A stretch of DNA of 64,000 bases from the human T2T-CHM13v2.0 reference genome, Homo sapiens, in the NCBI RefSeq assembly GCF_009914755.1, contig NC_060928.1, one strand, 5' to 3'. The translations under genes were made by a program, and so were the position numbers. Shown here piece by piece: positions 48,814-64,000 of the stretch (positions are counted from its first letter, which is position 1; the number at the start of each line of letters is the position of its first letter). Under the pieces are notes generated by a model, which did no database searches, had not been told where the DNA came from, and saw nothing but the letters and a program-made list of their open reading frames with translations.

Positions 48814-48857
<44 letters not shown>
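48814..48857. repeat. (AC)22 microsatellite
   Basis: Uninterrupted AC dinucleotide run of 44 bp. Confidence 0.97.
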
Positions 48858-48859
<2 letters not shown>

Positions 48860-49487
48860 CTCCACAAAATTGTTAATCATGAGACTTTGGAAAGATAAAA
48901 ATATTTTTGTCTTGTATAGTGTTTAGTTTTTTGTACAATATTGAATGATGTAAATATAACTGTTAGGGAGAAATATTTAAATTTGTTAGGCAGCACCTCA
49001 AAGACAGCCTGATTTTCACATATACTTTTAATTCTCAACGGATAGCATGGAATCACATTCCTCATTAGATCATAGTTTTTCCAGAATGACTGAGTTAATA
49101 ATCTGAGAAGCAATTTCCAGTCACCTGTCTTGATATAAAATGTTAAAAATCTTAAGTTCTCTTGGCTAAAGGATTTAGGAATACAGTTAGTTTATGGTTT
49201 GGAAGCCTATTTAATACAAATACATCTATTTTAATGTATAGCACACCCAGACAGAAATACATTTTGTTAGCCACAATCTTGACTAATACAGGAGGCAGCC
49301 ATCCAGAGGCTATGTCACTGATTCATGACAATATCAGAAGGGGTTCTTTAACTCAGACCAATGTCTGATAACAAAATGGCCAATGAGAATGAATGAGTTC
49401 AGACTCTGGGATGTGAACCAGATGCATTTTACCATATAGTTAATTTGGATTCAAATGTTTACGACTATGAATGCCATACACTGGGGT

Positions 49488-49965
49488 TCTATAGGTTGGG
49501 TTCCTCTGAAAGCAGAGCCTGAGACAAGAACTCAGGTCAGATTGTTTATTTAGGAGATGATCAAGAGTAAGGAGCAAGAGAATGAGACAGGAAAAGGAAA
49601 AAAGCCCTATCTATGGCATGTTATAGGGATCACTGCTATGAGCAGTAAGATACTTGATTCCACTGGGAAATCTGCATAATGTCTTCCAGAACTGTCCACT
49701 TGAAAACAGGGGACTGGATCATTTATTCATGAGCTGTGCCATCTATTGTTTCAGAGTTAACTCAAGGTCATAATGCCCCCACCCTCTGGGGCTTATGCTT
49801 GCATGAGGATAAAGGAAGCCACCTCCTACAGACAAGATCCTGTGTAAAGATCTTGTCTTTACAAGATCTGCCCACTTGAGAGTGATCTGTCCACTGCTGC
49901 AGCTCAACATCAGAGGCAGGCCGAGGGCACCAAGAAGGTCGGCTGCAGGGGTCCTGCCAGCCATT
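49488..49965 (-). mobile_element. ERVL-class LTR (LTR33/LTR16-like)
   Basis: 'ggttgggttcctctgaaagcagagcctgagacaagaa...gtttatttaggagatgatc...atgagacaggaaaaggaaaaaagcc'. Confidence 0.6.
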
Positions 49966-50667
49966 GGTGCACCTCCTTACTAAGCAATGCGTGATGGAGG
50001 GTGGAGCCTAGCTCTGCCGCATCTGGTGTGTGCTCCTTTTTTTTTGGACAGCCCACAGTACTTCAGGCCTCTGATCTCAACCTCTGCTTGTGCCCTTGCA
50101 CAAAATGAAGGCTTTGGGCCTCTTCTGACTTCCTGTTAACTGATGTCCACAGAAGTCTTTAGTTTCTTTCAAAATGCTCTGTGAAATGGTAATTTTGTAC
50201 ATCAGTAATGGCTAAATAATGCACAGGACTCCATATCTATCTCTCTCATCTGAGAACATCCTTTGACAGTGTGTCAGCTGCATTTCTTTTAATGCTGCAA
50301 CCAGCACAGTCCATGCCCTGGACTATGCAGGTGTATAGGGATGTGCAGGTGTATAGGGGTAGGGTTTTTAATCCCTTCTGGCTAGAAAGTTCGCTTTCTC
50401 ATGGGATCCAAGAAGAGATGGCTTTTCCTTTCTTGAAAGCACCAGAACAATGGTTATGTCTTAATAAGTTGCAGTACAAGGGTGTTACTATTTAACTATT
50501 TCATGCCTATCATGGTGTGGGCTACAGTTGCATAAAAGCTAATGTGAACAATTTCCAGTAGCAAAGACTTCTGTGAATCTCATATGATTGATATTAATAC
50601 CATCCTTAGCCTCTTAAGTTATCTTGGAATAAGGCCCAGAGCTTTGCTTTTTAGATAATGTCAAGTC

Positions 50668-50895
50668 CAGTGGCTGTCAGCAGATGGCAATTTTGCTCCC
50701 CTCTCTGAGGGGCATTTGACAACGTCTGGAGACATTTTTGATTGTGGTGACTTTGCTGGGAGGCTACAGGCATCTAGTGAACAGAGGCCAGAGATGCTGC
50801 TAAACATTCTACCATGCACAGGACCAGCTCTCTCACCCCTCAAAAAAGAACTGCCAGGTTTAAAATATCAGTATTGCCCATGTTGAGAAACTCTG
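50668..50895. mobile_element. MER20 (hAT-Charlie)
   Basis: 'ggcatttgacaacgtctggagacatttttgattgt...ggcatctagtgaacagaggccagagatgctgctaaacattctaccatgcacagga...gttgagaaactctg'. Confidence 0.88.
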
Positions 50896-50992
50896 GTCTA
50901 GAAGCATTGACATTTTACTTCTATTGACTTTTTTGGAAGATTAACACAGACGTTCTTTGTGACTTTTTGCAAATCATTGCACCTTTCCTGGC

Positions 50993-51332
<340 letters not shown>

Positions 51333-52499
51333 TAATTTGATGGTGAGAATATTGTCCCAGAAAATCTCTAAGGTCTCTTCCAACTCCGATATTTTGTGAT
51401 TCTATGAATCTGCTCCTTCCATTACTATATTATTCCCATAAAGTTTTTGACATCATAAGGCTAGTCTGCTATTGGAAAAGTTAAATGTAAATAAGAATTG
51501 ATTCTTAAACATGTACCCTCAGAAGTAGAAAATTAATTATTGAGTTGCTGTTGAGAGAGCAGGATTACTGATTTAACTCTGCTGCATGATGAATTTTAAT
51601 ATATGTAAAAGATTAAAGTCACGGCACATTTAAGACGAGTAAGAGACAATTTTTTTCTTTCCTGAACCTCATTACCCTTTGGCTATGAGTGTCAGTGAAC
51701 TCTGTGGGTAGTCCCAAGACTGATTCAGAAGGTGCCAGCAAGGAGAAGAAACAGGTTTGGGAGAGCATTGCTTTTGGAGTCTTGGGACCAGTGTTCTGAT
51801 TGTCTGTGTGCATGTATAGTGGTATAATTAGTGAGGGATCCTGGAAACATTGAACAGATCCTTTTCCTTCTACTTCAAGAAATCCATGTTTCTCAAAAAG
51901 AAAAAGAAACCTGTCTCAGGAAGTGCCATTACATTATTGTAACTATCTAGCAATATAAATACAGAGATTATTTCCTTCTGTTAGGCAACCCTGAAGATGA
52001 AAAGATTACCTAGGAGGGCGTCCTTGTAGTTCTTATTGCTAAGATCTAGAATATAGAAGACATAGAAACAAGCATCTCTAAGATTGTGAGTCCAAAATCA
52101 GGAGGAATTAAGAAATACGGTAAATTGCAAGTTGCAATTGTGTATTCTGGGATAGCTTCTTTTAACAGCCAAATGCTTCCTCATCGCACTTACCAGGATG
52201 TTTGGAAAAAAAAAAAAAAACACTAGCCTCTGAAGTGCCTTTCCATTCTCCAAGTCACCATTTTGCCAGCTCCAATTAGGGCTTTTGGAAATAATGAATG
52301 CTCTCACGTTATTCCTGGTTTCAATTTTGACTCTTCCCAAGAGTCCTAGCAATGCACCAGTATGTAAGAAAATACCCCTCTGGGATTGACTCAGTCTCTG
52401 GAGGCGCTTCTTCCCCTGTGCTGCACCCCTCCCCAATTCATTTCTGTTTCAAAAGGCCATGGATAAATGTTAAATGCCCAATGCTGCAGTGTCATGAAA

Positions 52500-53230
52500 T
52501 TCTAAGATTCAAAAAACTTCCGACAGAGCCTAATGCCAGCCAAAACTATGAAAATAGACTTTAACAAGGATAAAGGTAACATCCTGCATTTGGTGCTAAA
52601 ATGAAAAACCTGACTACACACAGAATAGAGATCAATTTTCATCATGATTCACATGAGAAAGCCCTGAAGATATTAGTGGACTTAAATCCCAGTGTGACCA
52701 AGAAATATAATATTGATTAAAATCTATACATTAGGCTGCATAAATAGAAAAACAGCACCCAGCTAAACAGAGATCATCGTCCTCCTGGCCAAATTCACAT
52801 CCTGTTCAAGAATTCTCATTTTAAGAGGGAGACTGAACAATGGCAAAAGGTCTTAATATAATGTAAAAAGAACTATCAAGAAACTGAGGATGTTTATCCT
52901 ATAAAGTAGGTGACCACAGAGAGATGTGACAACTAACCCCAATAGTAGGCCCTTCCAGGTTGACTTGTGGGAAGGGAGGAATCAATCCAGTTTTGCTTTG
53001 GGAGCAGAACAATGGTCACTTGAGGCTATATGGAGGTAGAAGACTTTTGTCTTAAATGAAGTAGTTTCTAACAATTACAAATTTCCGGGTATATAATTAA
53101 CTACTTCCTGTAGTGGAAATTCCCTGTCACTATAACAGAATAAGCAGGGAATGTTTAACCACAAGTTAGGATAATAAACACAGGGCATCTAGGGACTAGA
53201 TACTTCTAAAGTCCATTCTAACCCTAAGAA
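52500..53230 (+). mobile_element. L3/CR1 LINE 3' fragment
   Basis: 'tttaacaaggataaaggtaacatcctgcatttgg', 'ttaggctgcataaatagaa', 'cattttaagagggagactga', terminal 'tctaaagtccattctaaccctaaga'. Confidence 0.65.
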
Positions 53231-53289
53231 ATACAATTATTATTAATGCTTATTTGTATTTATGACTGCCCGACTTAGCTAGTAAGCGT

Positions 53290-54028
<739 letters not shown>

Positions 54029-54149
54029 TGAGCCAAATTATGAAAAGTGCAGCAAACGTTTTCTTGTCCAACTAAGTTAAACACAAATTTACTGCCTTCT
54101 TGACAGTGAAATTCTTGAGGGATAAGAGAGCTACTTGAAGTCATGTTGC

Positions 54150-54344
54150 TTTTCTTTTTTAAAATTTTAATTTAAAATTTTTTTAGAGATGGCGGTCTCA
54201 CTGTGTTGCCCAGGCTGGAGTGCAGTGGCTATTCACAGCTGTGATAATAACTCACTACAGCCACAAACTCCTGGCTTCAAGAGATCTTCCTGCCTCAGCC
54301 TCCCAAGTAGCTGAGATTACAGGCCTGTACCACAACACCTGGCT
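54150..54344 (-). mobile_element. FAM (fossil Alu monomer)
   Basis: Monomer carrying the 7SL-derived 'tgcagtggctattcacag' segment that dimeric Alus lack. Confidence 0.85.
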
Positions 54345-55293
54345 CATGCATTGAGACCTGGTCCTGATGACCAGGTCTCGGGACCACTGAGCAGTGGCCA
54401 CCAGTTCTGTCTGTTGTGAAGGCTAGCCCTGTTTAGAATACATGATCCTCAAATTTGTGTATCTAGATGTTCTTTCAAAAATGGCTAAAATTTATAAAAC
54501 CACACAGGCTAAGGATAAAGGCCTCATTTTGCTGTTAGTTGATTAAAAGTGATTGGGATTATAAAATAGTAATGGACTTAAAATGGCTAATGATATCTTA
54601 TCTGTTCAGCAAACTGTGAACCAATTCTTGTAAGAGCCAATTAAGGCATATGTTAACTTTTAGGGACCCTACCAACATTTCCTATTCACTTAGGTCTTCT
54701 TTCTATTCCTTGGGTCAGCTGTTCTCCTGGTACAGATTTTCTTATGAATAATTCTACTCCATTATTTAAACTAAATCAGTAATATTTAAAAGCTGTGTAT
54801 GTCCCACAATATCAACTTCCTCTATCCTGAGATATCAAAGCATAGAAACTCTCAGGCAACTCTTCTATCATCTCGCCAAATGAAGTGGCATTACTGACAC
54901 TTCCTTTGGACCTTGTTAGGAAATGCCCCCGTGTACATGATGAATGAATAGGAGACGCTGAATCAAGAGGCTGCTAAAGACAAAGCTGCCAGAAGTGTCA
55001 GCACTTGCCAGCAGCTAGCACTAAATATAGTAAGGGTGGAGGAGGTGAAGGTGAATGGGATCCTGCAGAAGTTTTCTAAGTTATTTGTGAACAAACTAGT
55101 CAGTGTTATCTCCTTAATTTATTTAAAATCTTTGTAAGTTAAAAGTATTCCTGAAGCAAAAACAAGCAAACAAAAAAAGCCGGTATCTATAATCTGGCAC
55201 CAATATTTTGTCACTGTTCATCACTTGTAATTTCAGGATAATTTTGATAAAAGAAGAATACATATTAAATCGGGACAAAAGTAAATATAGGTC

Positions 55294-55485
55294 TGGTGGT
55301 ATGCTGGTAAATGTTTAACAACCAGCTCTCTGAAAAAAATGTTTCTTGAGAAGCCCCAATTTTTAGCACTTGCTGATTTTTCTGTGATAAGTACTCCCAG
55401 CACGGCTGACTGCAGGCCACCGCTATGACCTTACTGAACATGCCTTTGGAAAGAGAGATTCACAGTCTGCTCTGGTGAGCAAGTC
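55294..55485. mobile_element. MER63-like (hAT-Blackjack)
   Basis: 'tggtatgctggtaaatgtttaacaaccagctctc...gtactcccagcacggctgac'; same family as 21048-21217. Confidence 0.7.
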
Positions 55486-58400
55486 AGTCACTCATCCTCT
55501 CATTGACGCTAATAGCAGTACTTACTCTAATGACCATAACAGGCTTAGCACAATACACAAGGAAGTGATTGGTAGTTGTAGGAGAACCAATATGTGACTA
55601 TATCATCTTATATTGAGAATCATTCTCAATGTGAGATTAGTTTACAAAATTCATCTTGAAAATGTTGACAGCTCTAGGCTCTGCTGTCCCCACATTCTTT
55701 TCTTTCTCTGTTCTAGAGTCCTTTCTTGGAAATATTCCCCCAAAAAATCTACCCTACTCTAACTCTGAGGCTTTCCCCAACATAATCAAGTCAAAAACAT
55801 TCCAAAGTATAAATTTTAAAACTCCAAAAATGCATGTATTAGAAGTTTTTGTGCTACTTCTATTGTTGTAATGTTATATTTACATTGTAGTCATAATAGC
55901 AATAATGTATCTTTGTGACTGTTTTTCATGTATCTTCTCCCAGTTTGTGGTATTGCTGTAAATTACTCATTGGTATATTTAAAAATGAAGCACTTTTATT
56001 TAGGCATGCACCTCTTCAAGAAAACCCAATGCAGAAAATCAAAATCAAACAAATTTGGCAGTGATTATTTTCTTCACAAAATGTATTCAACAAATAAAAC
56101 TGATTCTTAAATATCTAGCTTATTCATTAATTTAAAACTATTGAGCACTGTTATGTGTCAGACACTATTCTTATGCTAGAAAAAGTGTAGAATGAGAATA
56201 AAAGTTTCTTGCCTTTTTTGTGTATGGAACAAACTGTCTAACCTTTATGTATATTTAAAATAGAGCTCATTTAAAGGGAAATTATTTCAAGAATATATTT
56301 ATTGGAAAAAAATCAAGGCATAAACAGTGGGTATAAACCACAGGCCACAAATTCAACTGTGTGAGAATTTATATTTTGCTTTGATTATTCAGCTTTACCT
56401 CTAATTCCACTTGGATAGCAGCACCTTACCCTTGTCAATTCTTTGCTCCCCATCCCTCCCTAAACATCTCAGCATTGTGCCTCAGAGTGGGAGTCTTCAG
56501 AATGCCCGGGCATGGGAGAAAGTACAATCTAGTCCATGCAGTCACTACTGAGATGCTTTCTTTGTATCTGAATGGCCCTTTCGGAACCACCAGAAGCCAG
56601 ATCATGATAGATCAGGTTGAGGATGCAGAAATATTTCTACCGCTGTCTTGCCACATGAGGCACAGATATTTCTGTAAAGCTGTCTATGGCCCTTCTACCT
56701 AAAAGCCCATGCACTCTTTTCCTATCTTGGCCTTTCTACTTCCACCCTGGGACTCTGCCCAGAAGGAGAAAGAAAGATATATTATGTATATTTTTTCTTT
56801 TTGGCCAGGTTTCTATTCTGTGGTACTTCTCTTCCTCCTCTTCATCTCCCAAACACGCACACATTTACACACTTGGCAATGAAAATAGGATCTACCTGAA
56901 ATGAAGAGAATATCTTGAAGGGAAATATTCAACTAATATTACAAAACTGTCTCATATATATTGTCTATATACATATAAGTCCTATGATCAAATTTTTGTG
57001 AAGCAAAATGTTTCTATGACCTCAAAAAGTGAGTTGTATAACCTGAAACATAAAAAGAAATGTGTAATAAATAAACATCTCTGTAACTCTTCTTCACTTC
57101 TCCTTTACTTTAAAATAATATTCAGAAAACTTTATCATGAAGAACTACAAACATTCCTGAAGAACTAGGATAAAGTACATCTCAAAAAAAGCAAGAGATC
57201 AGAATGAAAAATACCTTCTTCCCAAATATGAATCTTAAACAAAAATCAGAAAGCAAAGTTAAAAAATGTAAATAGCAAAAACAAAAGACAAAAACAAAAC
57301 AAACCAAAACAACAAGCCAGAAGACAAAACTCTTTCAAAATGCCCTTCTTTGTGAGTGGGAGTTATCAGTGCCACCTCTTCCCATGGGCTGCCACCAGGG
57401 ATTTTTTTTCATGCAACTGCAGGGTCTATCTAAGGCCTTTATGTGATTCTAAATATATTCAAAACCCAGAAGCAAAACCTTTCTAAAAATGGTTTCAATC
57501 CCAGAAAAAAAAAGGTACAGCAGATTCTTTTTAAGCTCTCCAGCCGTATTGCTATAATAGACTGTGATCCTGGCCAATGCTGGGCTGAGGACCGCAAGAC
57601 TAGACTCCCGGGTCACTGGTAGCTCTCAGAGGCCTCTCGAATACTGTGTGTAAAATCAGAATCTGATCTACTTTATCTTGGACTCCGAGGTCTCAGTCAC
57701 TGCCTTTTATATTCCTCCGAGTTCACCCTGTCAGCATCAATCCACTCCAATCCAGCAAAATGCAAGTAACTGCACATTCTGTACAGAGCCACATTTAATA
57801 AGCAGAGAATGAACAAAGCAGTATTACTATAGCTGCACTAGGAGAACGTTATGAAGCAGGAGGGCCAAAGGGGGAACAGTGCCCCCATGAAATGGTAAGT
57901 GTGGTGGTGCACAGACCCAGGGGTTTCCTGAGACTAAGTGAACCCTGACCACCACAGATGCCAGGCTTCCGACTGGACATTTTAGCTTTTTGTTCAGTGA
58001 AATGAAAAATTCGGGATGAGAGATAAGTATACATTTGTAATCACTAAGAAATTCCTAATGATTTTAAAGTTCTGCTCCTTGCAATTCTGACCTCTTGGTA
58101 AATGGAAGCTAGGACAAAATGGCTCTTTTAAAATGGACTGAAGCTTTCTCCTCCAGTTCTCCAGGGTTAGAGCAGAATCTGTGTCTAATGTGTCTCCGGG
58201 ACAGACCCCTTGGTTTTAGGAGGTAGCCCGTGGGTCTGGGATCGATCCTGCTGATGTGAGTCCAGTGATCCTCCAGCTTGACCTGGGGTCATCCTGACAG
58301 GACACTCCATGCACAATACCTCACAGCAGGCTCCAGGTATCTGTTTAATCACATGAAACGCTGTGGAGGGGAGGTGGGGCATGTGTCCACAGAAAGGTTT

Positions 58401-58612
58401 TCAGTTGCTTTCCCTCCATTAGCACCTATGTGACTAATCCCCTCACTGGTAGGTAAGTACTTCTGAAGGGACTTTGGCATCTCTAACCAAAACCTGAGGC
58501 ACACACAGAATTAACATCAACATTTATATCATGTCTCATTAAAAATAATTTAACATACTTTTACTTCATTTTGTTCCCTCTCCCTTCCATCCATTATATT
58601 GATCTCATCTGA

Positions 58613-58938
58613 AGAGTTTGCCCTCTGTATCTGCAGGTTCCACACCCAAAGATTCAATCAATCATTGATCTAAAATATTTGAGAAAAATAAAAATAAAAT
58701 AACACAACAATAAAAAAATACAAATAAAAATATAGTATAACAATGATTTACATACCATTTACAGTGTATTAGGTATTATGAGTAAAATAGAGATGATTTA
58801 AAGTATACAGGAGGATGGTGTAGGTTATATGCTAATACAGTACTACACCATTTTATATCAGAATTTGAGCATCTGTGGATTTTGGTATTTGTGGGAGTTC
58901 CTGGAACCAGTCCCACTGGGGGCACTGAGGGATGACTA
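58613..58938. mobile_element. MER2 (TcMar-Tigger)
   Basis: 'ccctctgtatctgcaggttccac...gattcaatcaa...gtattaggtattatgag...agagatgatttaaagtatacaggaggat...ctgagggatgact'. Confidence 0.88.
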
Positions 58939-58949
58939 CATGTCATTCC

Positions 58950-60860
<1,911 letters not shown>

Positions 60861-60949
60861 TTTCTGGCAATTTCAAACTCATGGAACAAAAAGTTGGATT
60901 AAAGAAAACTAAAATAATGCAATAAGATGCAAGAAATTGAATGGAAGAG

Positions 60950-61330
60950 AAGGAGTAAAAGAACCAGCTAGAAACTGCGATAAGTAGAAAGCAAACAGGA
61001 TAAAATTGGAGGAAGGATCCTCAATGTAATCAGTAAATGTACAATATAAATGTAACCAGCTCATGAAAAGAAAGAGACTCTAAGGCTGTATAAAATAAAT
61101 CCAGCCACAAGCTATTTACAGGGGATATATTTGTTAAAAATAGCTCAGAAAGTTTTAAAATCAAAGTATAAAACACATATCACAAGCTGTGGAAACAGAA
61201 AATCATAATTACCATTTATTGCTATTTTATCCTTGATGAATAAGCTGACACCAGAGGCCACAAGTCTCAAATGGCAATTTAGTGAAGAACCTTGAAAATA
61301 AGGGAGACTATTAATATAGATGCTATGAAA
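60950..61330 (+). mobile_element. old L1M fragment (ORF2 5' region)
   Basis: 'acaatataaatgta...aaataaatccagccacaagctatttacaggggatata' resembles the start of L1 EN; very diverged. Confidence 0.4.
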
Positions 61331-61587
61331 ATGAATGCAAAGTGATGAACTAGCCATTACCTCCTATAATATGAATAAATGCAAAAACCGAAAATATTTA
61401 CAAAACGTCTAACTTAAGGACGCTAAGAAAATAAACATTAGTCAAGGTAAGTTGAAGCTTCTTTCTTGTCAGGTTTATGCTTAATTATATATATTGCCAA
61501 CATAAAATTGAGTTTCTGAGTCTATTTACAACAAAGGGAAATGAGCTTTCTGACAATGTTGAACAGTTTAATTATCCCAAAGATGGT

Positions 61588-61609
61588 TGACCTGTGACCT
61601 TGACCTTGA
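61588..61609 (-). promoter_or_regulatory. Triple AGGTCA nuclear-receptor half-site array (DR1 + DR0; two overlapping TCAAGGTCA)
   Basis: TGACCT-G-TGACCT-TGACCT-TGA; motif only, function not shown. Confidence 0.45.
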
Positions 61610-63129
61610 GACCATGAGACCTAATGTAGTTTGCTATAGGAACAGATTTTTTAGAATGTTTGCCATAGAAAACCATGCTTGCTCATCATGATACTCTAAA
61701 TTTTGGTGTAGAAATAAATTTTATTCACCAATCCTGTGATAAATAATCTACTAGTATCTCATTATTAGGACTAACACAACCATTATGCCCATTATGATAA
61801 AGATTGTACTGATTTTCTTAGGACTGAGGATATAGATTAAGGCGGTCCTTTTTTTCTTACAAGTAAATAACTAACTGTGCTTTAAACAAGTAAAAGCATA
61901 TTTTTATAAGTAAATAAGTGAAGCAAGTTAACTTTAAAAATATTTTAGTATTTTAAAAATTATTAATAAATAATACATACAGAAGGTTCCACTTTTATTA
62001 GTTTTATATAATGATGCACCAAGGTTTGTCTTGGGCCTCAGAATTTAGCTAACATATGTGTTTTAGTTTTCACATGGCCTTCAGTATTGTGGAGGCTGAG
62101 AAACCAAATACCTACTTCAATGTCATTTATTATTTTCCCCTAGAAAAGTTTCTGAAATTGTGCATAAAGCAAAAGCTGAAATAAAATGGAAATTCACAGG
62201 CAATTTATTGTCTTAAAAGCCAATTTTGTTGTTCTAATGCTACGTTTTAAGTCCAATGTTTAACAACAAATATTTCTCAAGTGAATGTTTTAAGAATACA
62301 AAATACAACTGAAGATAATAACCTGAAGTCTGCATATACATTCCGTGGGATCACGTCATTTAAAGTGCACCAAATCTTCAAATCCAGGAGTTAAGTCTCT
62401 TTTTTTTTTTTTCTCTTAGAGAAGACAACAAAATTAATAGTACACTGGCAATAGCACTAACAGCAGGAGCTTACACTGCCAGACCTGGTTTAAAAAGCCT
62501 CTTGTTCCTATATTAACTTTGGTTGGAAGAATAAAACTATTTGTTATTTAACATGTCCAGTATATGTTCCCATAACAGCTGACAGTGTTAAAAAAAAAAA
62601 AAGAATTATTGTCTCTGGACTATAGTGTCATACTTTTAAAATGTGACTAATAAATTTTAATAATAAAATTGTAATTATAACTAAACATTGTTATGTATGT
62701 TTATATATATTTTCTTGAATCCCAGAGGATTGCTTTATGATGTTGATTTTTTGCTTCAGACTTGAGCTTAGCTATTTATTAATTTTTAACATTCAACCAT
62801 CAGCATTGGGCTAAAATATGTAGTTAAGTACAAAATTAGTTTTTTGTGTACCTTCTAGTATTTTTTAATGCAAATACAAGCAAATTCTAGTATATATTCT
62901 TATTTTTTCTCTTTCTAACATAAAACGTAACATACACACTCTTCTGTACTTTAATATGCCAAGTTTAAAATACAATCCAGAATCTCAATTTTCCATGACA
63001 AACACAAATACTGACTGAAGCAGCTGCAGAATATTCCTATCAGATATAGTAGAATTCAATGTAAAAAAGCCTTAGAAGGCACAAAAATTTTCATACTGGT
63101 AAAATAAATAATTAACCAAAAAAACGAAA

Positions 63130-63670
63130 TGGCCACAAACTTTTATGCCTCTCTAACAACATGGCTTTAAAATATGTTAAGTAAAAATTGACAACGCTAC
63201 AAGGAATAATAGATGAATCCGCAGTTCTACTATGAGGCTTTAACATAAGTCTCTCAGAAAAGAACATATGATGGAAACAAAATATAAATAAGAATACAGA
63301 GAATTTGGATGACCTGGTTTCAAGCATGCTCTAGTAGGTAAGTATGGAGAAAACATTGTACCCAACAGAGGATACACATTCTTTCCAAACATACTTGAAG
63401 GATTTTTCAAAATTGCCCATGTATTAACAAAGGAAATCTCAGGAAATCCCAAAGATTTATACTATATAGGCCACATTTACTGAGCACAATGTGATACAAT
63501 TAGAAATTGGTGACAAAATTAATCCAGAAAGTTAGAAAATCTACATCTGTAAATTCAAAAAATAAAAACACTTCTAAACAAGTATTAGCTGAAAAAAGTA
63601 ATCTAAATAAAAAGTTCGAATGATTCAGGACAGAAGTAACTCCAAAGTTCTAAATACCAAAAGAAAAATT
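63130..63670 (+). mobile_element. old L1M ORF2 endonuclease-region fragment
   Basis: 'cccaacagaggatacacattctttccaaacatac...ccacatttactgagcacaatgtgatacaattagaaatt'. Confidence 0.6.
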
Positions 63671-63683
63671 TAAAATAAATGAA

Positions 63684-63788
63684 GTAGGTGCAGCAAACCA
63701 CCATGGCACACATATAGCTATATAACAAACTTACACGCTATGGACTTGTATCCTGGAACTTAAAGTAAAATAAAAAATAAAAATAAAA
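63684..63788 (+). mobile_element. Extremely 5'-truncated L1PA 3' tip
   Basis: 'taggtgcagcaaaccaccatggcaca...gaacttaaagtaaaataaaa'; 13-bp TSD TAAAATAAATGAA at 63671-63683 and 63789-63801. Confidence 0.85.
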
Positions 63789-63828
63789 TAAAATAAATGA
63801 ACTAACCTTTTGATTCCAGAAGATAATA

Positions 63829-64000
63829 CAGTTGACCCTTGGACAACACAAATGTGAAATGCATGAGTCCACTTACATAGATTTTTTTCTGCCTCTGCCA
63901 GTCCTGAGACAAGACCAACCCCTCTTCTTTCTCCTTCTCAGCCTAATCAATGTGAAGATGATGAGGATGAAGACCTTTATGATGATCCACTTCCACTTAA
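63829..64000. mobile_element. Tigger2a/MER28-like, runs off the window end
   Basis: TA then 'cagttgacccttggacaacac...caagaccaacccctc...gaggatgaagacctttatgatgatccacttccacttaa'. Confidence 0.85.

Noticed and set aside
50326-50365. 18-bp-period tandem duplication (TGCAGGTGTATAGGG x2) as a possible G-quadruplex
   Set aside because: Only three GGG runs; ordinary micro-duplication.
55612-55630. Palindrome ATTGAGAAT-C-ATTCTCAAT
   Set aside because: 9-bp AT-rich arms are plausible by chance in 64 kb.

Overview
This is AT-rich primate (human-like) genomic DNA, intergenic or deep intronic. I found no credible host protein-coding exon, tRNA, rRNA or CRISPR array. Much of the window is transposable-element debris: 13 Alu-family copies (J, S and Y types plus one FAM monomer), three multi-kb L1 copies clustered at 21.4-36.0 kb, older L1M/L2/L3/MIR fragments, ERVL/MaLR solo LTRs, and hAT/Tigger DNA elements. 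Every recognisable protein in the ORF track is an L1 ORF1/ORF2 fragment or an Alu artefact. Four structures are not explained by routine repeat annotation. (1) A ~300-bp inverted repeat of apparently non-TE sequence (18411-18714 / 19440-19741) brackets a ~725-bp spacer. (2) A MIR-derived 36-bp-stem hairpin at 53368-53450 has only two mismatches, both G:U-compatible. (3) An L1 carries a twin-priming 5' inversion with an AluY at the junction, plus a microhomology-bounded templated insertion of ~205 bp of downstream DNA. (4) A triple nuclear-receptor half-site array lies at 61588-61609. Repeat subfamily names come from my recall of consensus sequences and identities were counted by eye; both need RepeatMasker/Dfam and alignment confirmation.
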